DNA from: Calditrichia bacterium
GTDB taxonomy: Bacteria > Calditrichota > Calditrichia > JAJRVZ01
Length of the DNA stretch: 64,000 bases
Direction: 5' to 3'
Assembly: GCA_963796965.1 (NCBI GenBank)
Contig: CAWCNS010000006.1
Location: forward strand, 192,001 to 256,000
Position numbers and translations under genes: made by a program. A model generated the notes under the pieces. That model was not told the origin of the DNA, searched no databases, and saw only the letters and a program-made list of their open reading frames with translations. Shown here piece after piece: positions 56,697 through 64,000 of the stretch. Position 1 is the stretch's first letter. Each line of letters opens with the position of its first letter.

Positions 56697-58245
56697 GTGC
56701 ACACGAAGGACATGAAACAATCCTAATTTTGGATTTTGGTTCGCAATATACCCAATTAATTGCCAGAAAAATCAGGGAAATTGGGTGTTTATTCTGAAAT
56801 TATTCCCTATAATGCAGACTCTTTCTGATTTGAACCATAGCAATATTAAGGGCTTAATTCTTTCCGGCGGACCGTCCTCTGTCTATGCCGATAATGCACC
56901 ACATATTTCTAAAGAACTACTTGATGGAAATATTCCGGTCTTAGGAATTTGTTATGGTCTTCAACTGATTATGTATCTTTGGGGTGGTGAAGTTATCCCG
57001 GCCGAAGAAAGGGAATACGGCAAAGCAAATATTACCTTTTCAGAGCCTTCATCATTAATTGAGGACATGTCTAATCAATCAACGGTATGGATGAGTCACG
57101 GCGATAAAGTTACAAAAATTGCTCCAGGTTTTAAGGCAATTGCCAGAACTGATAACAGTCCATACGCTATTGTTCAACATGAAACTAAATCTTTGTTTGG
57201 CCTGCAGTTTCACCCCGAGGTTAATCATACGGTCGAAGGACGAATATTATTGCAAAACTTTTGTTTTAAAATATGTCAGTGTAAGGGAGATTGGTCAACA
57301 GGATCTTATATCGAAGAGTCATTGGAAGTTATTCGCCAGGAGGTGGGTGACAGCAATGTTATTTGTGGCCTAAGCGGCGGAGTTGATAGTAGTGTCGTTG
57401 CTGTTTTGCTGGATAGAGCCATCGGTAAACAGCTTCAATGTGTTTTTGTTGATACCGGTTTACTTCGTCTTGATGAGGCGAGGAATGTAGAATCCGTTTT
57501 CAGTAAACATTTTAACATCAATTTGCTCTCTGTAAATAACTCAACTCTATTTTTAGATAAACTGAAGGGTGTCACAAATCCTGAGGAAAAAAGGAAAATT
57601 ATTGGTGGATTATTCATTGATGTTTTCGAGAGCGAAGCAAAAAAACTAGGGAAGTTTGACTATCTGGCTCAGGGTACACTTTATCCGGATATTATTGAAA
57701 GTATTTCTGTCCGCGGTCCATCTGCTACAATAAAATCGCATCATAATGTAGGTGGATTGCCGGAAAAAATGAATTTTAAATTAATTGAACCCCTTAAAGA
57801 ATTGTTCAAAGATGAAGTGCGCAATGTGGGCCGTGAATTGGGAATTCAGGAAGAAATTATTGGCCGCCACCCTTTTCCCGGACCCGGGCTTGCAGTACGG
57901 ATTCCAGGAGAAATAACCGAAAAAAAAATCAAGATTTTACAGCTCGCGGATGATATCTACATCACAGAATTGAAAAAGAATAATTTGTATAATGACATAT
58001 GGCAGGCTTTCGCTGTCTTATTGCCTGTTCAATCTGTTGGTGTAATGGGAGATGAACGAACTTATGATTTCACATTGGTGTTGCGGGCGGTAACCAGCAC
58101 AGATGGAATGACAGCGAATTGGTATCCTATGCCTCATCATATTTTAGCGATGATATCTAATCGTATAATCAACGAGGTTGAAGGTATTAACCGCGTTGTT
58201 TACGATATCAGCTCCAAACCGCCAGCAACTATCGAATGGGAATAA
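56693..58245 (+). CDS. guaA: GMP synthase; start 56693, frameshift near 56785
   Basis: [14 protein letters not shown] read manually, [35 protein letters not shown]. Confidence 0.96.
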
Positions 58246-58263
58246 AATTTTGAGGGGAGAATT

Positions 58264-60090
58264 ATGTGTGGAATAGTTGGATATATAGGACATCGAAAAG
58301 TCGTACCGATTCTTTTAGCCGGACTCAAACGTCTTGAATATCGCGGATATGATTCTGCTGGCATTGCCTTACTTGAAAATGACCAACTAACGGTCACCAA
58401 GGAGGCGGGGAAGATCACCAAATTGGAAGAGAAAATCCATCAAATGGAGTTTGAGGGTACAATCGGAATTGGACATACCCGATGGGCCACGCATGGAGAA
58501 CCTACTGCATCCAATGCACATCCACATATGGACGGATCTGAGAATATTGCCATTATTCACAATGGTATAATTGAAAATTATACCATTTTAAAAACCATGT
58601 TGGAAAAGAAGGGTCATGTATTCCGATCTGAAACCGATACTGAAATCGTTGCTCACCTTATAGAAGAATATTATCAGGGAGATTTTGAAGAAGCTTTTCG
58701 ACATGCGCTTACGGAATTAAGTGGGGCCTATGGATTTGCGGTTATTTCTAAACATGATCCGGATAAAATTTACGTGGCCCGCCAAGGCAGTCCCCTCGTC
58801 GTTGGTGTGGGTGATGGAGAATACTTTCTGGCATCAGATGTTTCCGCCATTGTTTCACATACACGTAGTGTTTTCTACTTGAATGATGGTGAAATGGCAA
58901 TATTAAGCCGGGATGGAATAAAAACCAAGACACGTAGTAATGAAGAAATTGATAAACAGGTCGAGAATATTACTTTCGACGTAGGAAGAATTGAGAAAAG
59001 TGGTTATCCCCATTATATGTTGAAGGAGATTTGCGAGCAACCTCAAACAATCACTGATGCTTTTAGAGGTCGGATTTTAGTTAATGAGGGAAAAGTAAAA
59101 CTCGGTGGTTTAACTGACATTGAGGAGAAATTAACCGAATCTAACCGTATTATTATTCTCGCTTGTGGAACCAGTTGGCATGCAGCCTTAATTGGCGAGT
59201 ATCTGATTGAAGAATATTGCAGGATCCCTGTTGAAGTAGAATATGCTTCCGAGTTCAGGTACCGGAATCCGATTCTTAGTAAAAATGATTTCGTCATCGT
59301 GATCTCCCAATCTGGAGAAACCGCAGATACACTTGCAGCACTAAAGGAAGGAAAAGAGAAGGGTGCCCAGGCAATGGGTATCGTAAACAGCGTAGGGAGC
59401 TCAATTGCACGAGAAACTGAGGCGGGTGTCTACATTCACGCCGGACCAGAAATTGGTGTTGCCAGTACAAAAGCATTTACATCACAGGTATGTGTATTAT
59501 TTCTAATTATGTTGCTTATTGCCAGAAAACGAACCATGTCTGTTGTTTCCGGACAACATCTTATCGAGGAATTGGCAGAGATTCCGGAAAAAGTGAGAAC
59601 GATTATTGCACAAAGCCATATAATTGAAGAAATTGCCGAGAAATATAAGGACAAGCGAAATTTTCTATATTTGGGAAGGGGTATAAACTTTCCCGTTGCT
59701 TTGGAAGGTGCCCTTAAACTAAAAGAAATTTCCTATATCCATGCAGAAGGTTATCCCGCAGCGGAAATGAAACATGGTCCAATAGCTTTGATTGATGAAG
59801 ATATGCCTGTTGTTTTTATTGCGACAAAAGATCAAATCTATGATAAAGTTATCAGCAATCTTGAAGAAGTTAGGGCGAGAAAAGGTAAGATAATTGTCGT
59901 AGCAAATTATGGCGATGAAAAAATTGCAGAAATAGCAGATCATGTTATTTACATTCCTGAGACAAATCAGGCTCTCGTCCCATTGTTAGCGGTTATCCCA
60001 CTTCAATTACTTGCTTATTACATAGCCGTTAAACGCGGATGCGATGTGGACCAACCTAGAAACTTAGCAAAAAGTGTAACAGTAGAATAA
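58264..60090 (+). CDS. glmS: Glutamine--fructose-6-phosphate aminotransferase
   Basis: MCGIVG, LEYRGYDSAG, GHTRWATHG, SQSGETADT, PRNLAKSVTVE. Confidence 0.98.
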   Translation: MCGIVGYIGHRKVVPILLAGLKRLEYRGYDSAGIALLENDQLTVTKEAGKITKLEEKIHQMEFEGTIGIGHTRWATHGEPTASNAHPHMDGSENIAIIHNGIIENYTILKTMLEKKGHVFRSETDTEIVAHLIEEYYQGDFEEAFRHALTELSGAYGFAVISKHDPDKIYVARQGSPLVVGVGDGEYFLASDVSAIVSHTRSVFYLNDGEMAILSRDGIKTKTRSNEEIDKQVENITFDVGRIEKSGYPHYMLKEICEQPQTITDAFRGRILVNEGKVKLGGLTDIEEKLTESNRIIILACGTSWHAALIGEYLIEEYCRIPVEVEYASEFRYRNPILSKNDFVIVISQSGETADTLAALKEGKEKGAQAMGIVNSVGSSIARETEAGVYIHAGPEIGVASTKAFTSQVCVLFLIMLLIARKRTMSVVSGQHLIEELAEIPEKVRTIIAQSHIIEEIAEKYKDKRNFLYLGRGINFPVALEGALKLKEISYIHAEGYPAAEMKHGPIALIDEDMPVVFIATKDQIYDKVISNLEEVRARKGKIIVVANYGDEKIAEIADHVIYIPETNQALVPLLAVIPLQLLAYYIAVKRGCDVDQPRNLAKSVTVE

Positions 60091-60107
60091 AACCGGGTAA
60101 TTCAAAC

Positions 60108-61979
60108 GTGATAATTCAAAACAATGTACTTAGTAAAACGATCTTTTTTCTGACTTTAACTTCAATCTTAGTTGGACAAAATTCTTCACAAAGAGAAAAA
60201 TCTATCTTTAATTCCAATGTTGAGCTCTATAGCCAGGGAGAATACGAAAAAGCCGAGCAAAATTTTGCCCTGGTGATCTCAAAATTGCCAAATAGTGCTT
60301 ATTTAACGACAAATTATTTAATGTTGGTTAAAAGCCAGTACAAGAGGGGAGATTATTTATCTTCTATAGAACACGGGAAAAAATTTCTTCGGGCTTTTCC
60401 GGAAAGCAGATATCGGGATGATATCTTATACGTTATGGGAAATTCCTATTATCAATTAAATAGATATCGTACTGCCACGAAAACATGGATAACCTCGGTT
60501 GATGAAAATACTGATCCGAGATTAGATAAAAAGTTAGAGGATTTAATCATTGGAGTTGTCAGATATAAATTGAACGAAGAGGATATTAGGAATTTATCAA
60601 ATGATCGATCTATCTCAGATGATGGCCAGGTACTTATGAGAATAGGTTGGGCAGAGAAGTCCTACCAGACCGGAGCAAATGTTTCTGCTAATAGTATACT
60701 TACCGCTGCGCTTGATAATTACCCGGGCAGTAAATATACGGACAGAGCGAGGAGTCTTTTGAGGAGTGGCGGAAACCAAAGCTCTTCTGATGAATCTTTT
60801 GCCCTCCTTCTGCCTCTGAGCGGCTATAATAAAGAAATTGGTAGTGCCCTTCTTGAGGGAGCCCAATTAGCACTCAATGAATTTAATAAGCAAAACAATT
60901 TAGATATAAAAGTCTCTGTAAGAGACTACGGACAGGAAATATCTTCAGCCATAAAAAATTATCAGGAACTCGCCGGAAATAAAAATATACTTGCCGTTAT
61001 GGGTCCCCTTGAAAATGATATCGCAGCTGCTTGTGCTGCAATATCAAAATATGAAGCAACACCACTTTTAAGTCCAACTGCAACGGCAAACGATCTTACT
61101 GAATTTAGTCCCTACTTTTTTCAACTCGGTTCCAATATTAATACAGTCGCTGAAGCTATGGCCTTATATGCATTAGATAGTCTGAAAATCATGCGCTTTG
61201 CTACGTTTGCACCTATAGATGATCATTTCATAAAAATGGTGGATAAATTTAGCAAAACTGTTTCGAAATCCGGTGCAGAGGTTGTTGCTCAAGAATGGTA
61301 CTATCCAGGCGATCAGGATGTTTATAAACAATTTATGAGTATCAAACGCAAAGGTTTAAAACTGGCCTTTACTGACTCCATTCTCACGGTTAATCCCGAG
61401 GCCACGGAACCACAATTGGATAGTTTATATATAGAATTTTTGAAAGTTGAAAAAAAGAAACTTGATGAATCGAATTCAACAGCAAAAATCGATTCCGCAG
61501 ATATACCCGTTTCCAGTATTGATGGTATCTTTATCCCCATATTTAAAGAAGATCTTCCCTTTATTGCGCCACAAATTGCCTATAGTAATATACAGGCCCA
61601 ATATTTGGGAAATAAAGATTGGTACGATCTGGAAGATTTAAAGAAAAACAAAAATTATATAAATGGTATAATTTTCGGATCAGATGGTTATTTAAACGAG
61701 GAAGACTGGGATTATCGACGATTTCGAAACGATTTTCGCCAAACATTTAAAAAAACACCAAGCATTTATTCCGTAATTGGTTATGACTCGTTCAAGTACA
61801 TTTTACAAGCATATGATACAAAGTCTGATAATGTTTCACGTAATATGTTTTTTCAAAAACTCCAGAAACTCAATCAGTATAATGGTATATACCGCACCTT
61901 TAATATAAATTACCAGAGAAATAATCAATATATTCAATTACTCAAATATAACTTCGGACAGGTAATTCCTCTTCATTGA
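60108..61979 (+). CDS. Periplasmic protein: BamD-like TPR N-terminus plus type-1 periplasmic-binding (LpoA/LppC-like) domain
   Basis: Signal peptide, TPR pairs (FPESRY, YPGSKY), ALLLPLSG, MGPL, GYDS. Confidence 0.7.
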   Translation: MIIQNNVLSKTIFFLTLTSILVGQNSSQREKSIFNSNVELYSQGEYEKAEQNFALVISKLPNSAYLTTNYLMLVKSQYKRGDYLSSIEHGKKFLRAFPESRYRDDILYVMGNSYYQLNRYRTATKTWITSVDENTDPRLDKKLEDLIIGVVRYKLNEEDIRNLSNDRSISDDGQVLMRIGWAEKSYQTGANVSANSILTAALDNYPGSKYTDRARSLLRSGGNQSSSDESFALLLPLSGYNKEIGSALLEGAQLALNEFNKQNNLDIKVSVRDYGQEISSAIKNYQELAGNKNILAVMGPLENDIAAACAAISKYEATPLLSPTATANDLTEFSPYFFQLGSNINTVAEAMALYALDSLKIMRFATFAPIDDHFIKMVDKFSKTVSKSGAEVVAQEWYYPGDQDVYKQFMSIKRKGLKLAFTDSILTVNPEATEPQLDSLYIEFLKVEKKKLDESNSTAKIDSADIPVSSIDGIFIPIFKEDLPFIAPQIAYSNIQAQYLGNKDWYDLEDLKKNKNYINGIIFGSDGYLNEEDWDYRRFRNDFRQTFKKTPSIYSVIGYDSFKYILQAYDTKSDNVSRNMFFQKLQKLNQYNGIYRTFNINYQRNNQYIQLLKYNFGQVIPLH

Positions 61980-62036
61980 CCTTATTTAAATCACTATATT
62001 ATATATCTATTATTTGATAAACATTTTGTGTAAGCG

Positions 62037-62834
62037 ATGGCAAACGATTCTTATATAACATTTGACATCTTTAAACCATTTGAGGAGATCACGTGTGCTT
62101 TTTCCACCCGCAAAAATGGATTTAGTACCGGGCCATTTTCCAGTCTGAACCTGGGCAATATAAATCAAGACAATCCTGAAGTGGTTAAAAACAACAGATT
62201 AAGTTATTATAAAAGCCTAAACATCGAGCCTACAAATGTCATTTTACCAGACCAAATTCACTCAACAAATGTAAGGATTGTTAACACCCCCGGATCTATC
62301 GCTATGACAGATGCCCTGATCTCAAATAAGACCAATTTATTTATTGGCATTCAAACAGCAGATTGTTTCCCTATCTTTTTATACGAACCTAATCGCCAAA
62401 CAATTGGAATTATCCACGCAGGTTGGAGGGGAGCAATAGCAGGGATTATCCGTAAAACAATCGATCTGATGATTACTGAATTTGATATCAATATCCTTCA
62501 TGTATTGGCTGGTGTCGGTCCAGGATTACAAAAAGAATGCTTTGAGGTCCGTGAAGATGTCTACCAACAATTCTCAGAAGTTTACCTGAGTAAACATCCT
62601 GACCAATCAAAAAGATATTTAAATTTACAAACATATATAAGAGATTGCCTTTGGGAAACAGGCATTCAAAAACAAAATATTGAGTTTAATGCTGCTTGTA
62701 CCAAGTGTTGCAAGTCATTATTTTACTCCTATCGACGGGATGGAGAAAAAAGTGGTCGAATGATGGGTATTATTGGGAATACATGGCTAAATTTAATCGT
62801 TAATTATTCAGTTGACATAAGTTGTATTAATTGA
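62037..62834 (+). CDS. pgeF: Peptidoglycan editing factor PgeF (YfiH, laccase-domain family)
   Basis: FSTR..G.S, SLNLG, QIHS, TADCFPI, HAGWRG, CFEV, YSYRR..GRM. Confidence 0.92.
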   Translation: MANDSYITFDIFKPFEEITCAFSTRKNGFSTGPFSSLNLGNINQDNPEVVKNNRLSYYKSLNIEPTNVILPDQIHSTNVRIVNTPGSIAMTDALISNKTNLFIGIQTADCFPIFLYEPNRQTIGIIHAGWRGAIAGIIRKTIDLMITEFDINILHVLAGVGPGLQKECFEVREDVYQQFSEVYLSKHPDQSKRYLNLQTYIRDCLWETGIQKQNIEFNAACTKCCKSLFYSYRRDGEKSGRMMGIIGNTWLNLIVNYSVDISCIN

Positions 62835-62961
62835 TTTTAATTGTTGGATTTATTAAGCTTAGGTATATAATAATTCAACTTTTTAAATTCATAGAATAAA
62901 TATATTATCATATTATTTTTTCATCTAAATTCACTGATTTATAAACCAATTGGAGGTACTT

Positions 62962-63540
62962 ATGAAGAAGATTGTTGTTCTTTTAGTGATTGCGTTTGTT
63001 TTATCCCTAACGTTGCCGACTTCAGCTGCAGATATGGGTCTTAAAAGATTGAATGGGCAGGTAGGACTTTTATTTCCATCAACTGATGGTATTGATTATG
63101 GTACCAGTTTTCTACTCGGTGCGGGTGCTGATCTTGGAGAGATTACCGACAATCTCCACCTGGTCCCTTCACTTACTTACTGGATTATGAGTGCAGATCC
63201 GGAGGGTGGCTCGGGTAGTGGCATAGATGTTTCCGCCTCTAATTTTCAAATTGTTGCTGATGTTCAATATTATCTTAAAGATGTAAAGGGTTTATATTTT
63301 GGTGGTGGTTTATCCATAAATTTTAAATCCGTCACTATAGATTTTCCACCGGAATATGTTCAATATTTTGGTGAAAGCAGTTCTACTGGTTCGGAAACCG
63401 ATATTGGAATAGGTCTATTGGGTGGCTATGAAATGCCTCTGGGTAAAACGACGACCGGATTTGCCCATGCAAAATATAATATTATATCAGATTTAAACAC
63501 TTTCGCTATCGTTTTGGGCGTTTGGTTTGATATGAAATAA
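62962..63540 (+). CDS. Small outer-membrane beta-barrel protein (OmpA/OmpW-like)
   Basis: GGAGG RBS, signal peptide ending TSAA, amphipathic strands (YFGGGLS, GLLGGYE), terminal GVWF. Confidence 0.8.
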   Translation: MKKIVVLLVIAFVLSLTLPTSAADMGLKRLNGQVGLLFPSTDGIDYGTSFLLGAGADLGEITDNLHLVPSLTYWIMSADPEGGSGSGIDVSASNFQIVADVQYYLKDVKGLYFGGGLSINFKSVTIDFPPEYVQYFGESSSTGSETDIGIGLLGGYEMPLGKTTTGFAHAKYNIISDLNTFAIVLGVWFDMK

Positions 63541-63559
63541 TTATTTTCTTTTATGATTT

Positions 63560-63586
63560 AAAAGCGGCATTTATGCCGCTTTTTTT
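63560..63586 (+). terminator. Rho-independent terminator
   Basis: AAAAGCGGCAT-TT-ATGCCGCTTTTTTT. Confidence 0.85.
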
Positions 63587-63747
63587 ATATCTCCCCTAAA
63601 AAGATTGATTATATCAATCAAATAAAACCCTTTAATTCATTAATTGATAGTAGAATTTGGCCGAGAATCATATAAGGTGAGTTATGGTTTTAGAACCTAA
63701 ACACATTCTTGTTTTCATCTTTTGACAGGACTTATTGGGGAGATCTT

Positions 63748-64000
63748 ATGAATAAATTTAAATTTTTCATCACTCTAATTTTAGTAAGTTTTGCTTTTCA
63801 TCCAAACTTTGCTGTAAGCAAAGTTGTAAATTCCGTTGGCTTAGGAATTGGTGTTTGTCTACCCCAGGGTGGTTGGGATCCCGGATATACCATTATAGCT
63901 CAGGCTGATTTTGGTGAGGCAATTAAATATGTCTATATTTCCCCTTATCTTAGCTATTCCAATGCAATAAAATCAGAAGAGATTAACCAAAATGCTGAAG
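63748..64000 (+). CDS. Second small OM beta-barrel protein, partial; probable paralogue of 62962..63540
   Basis: GGGGAG RBS; MNKFKFFITLILVSFAF signal; ADFGEAIKYVYISPYLSY aligns with ADLGEITDNLHLVPSLTY upstream. Confidence 0.7.
   Translation, partial: MNKFKFFITLILVSFAFHPNFAVSKVVNSVGLGIGVCLPQGGWDPGYTIIAQADFGEAIKYVYISPYLSYSNAIKSEEINQNAE

Noticed and set aside
1..64000. CRISPR array, rRNA, prophage, IS elements, known riboswitches
   Set aside because: No regularly spaced repeats, rRNA-like tracts, phage or transposase genes, or recognisable riboswitch consensus found by eye; glmS has only an 18-bp upstream gap, so no ribozyme.

Overview
AT-rich bacterial chromosome segment, mostly housekeeping genes. 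The gene content is FCB-like (short Bacteroidota-type RpoD, porX-tsaE, DUF4835-like OMP, etfB-etfA-acd); a Calditrichota-like lineage is my inference, not a demonstrated assignment. Many genes, including normally essential ones (lepB, accD, tsaB/E), carry 1-nt frameshifts that look like uncorrected long-read indels, so CDS calls are stitched across ORF-track fragments. Non-routine content: (1) a near-complete ~1.9 kb class IIC group II intron inserted just behind a rho-independent terminator that seems to end an ORF-less ~90-nt transcript; (2) a four-gene candidate trans-envelope cAMP signalling cassette (secreted Ig-like protein, FecR protein, large OM beta-barrel, CHASE2 adenylate cyclase) with a CRP/FNR-like box upstream and porX downstream; (3) an NtrC-family regulator followed by an apparently orphaned UAS/sigma54 promoter/RBS; (4) a MATE gene lacking about half its length. 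Also tRNA-Leu(CAG), a nucleoside-salvage cluster and a probable electron-bifurcating ETF operon. No CRISPR array, rRNA, prophage or IS was seen. All family assignments come from motif recognition by eye; no searches were run.
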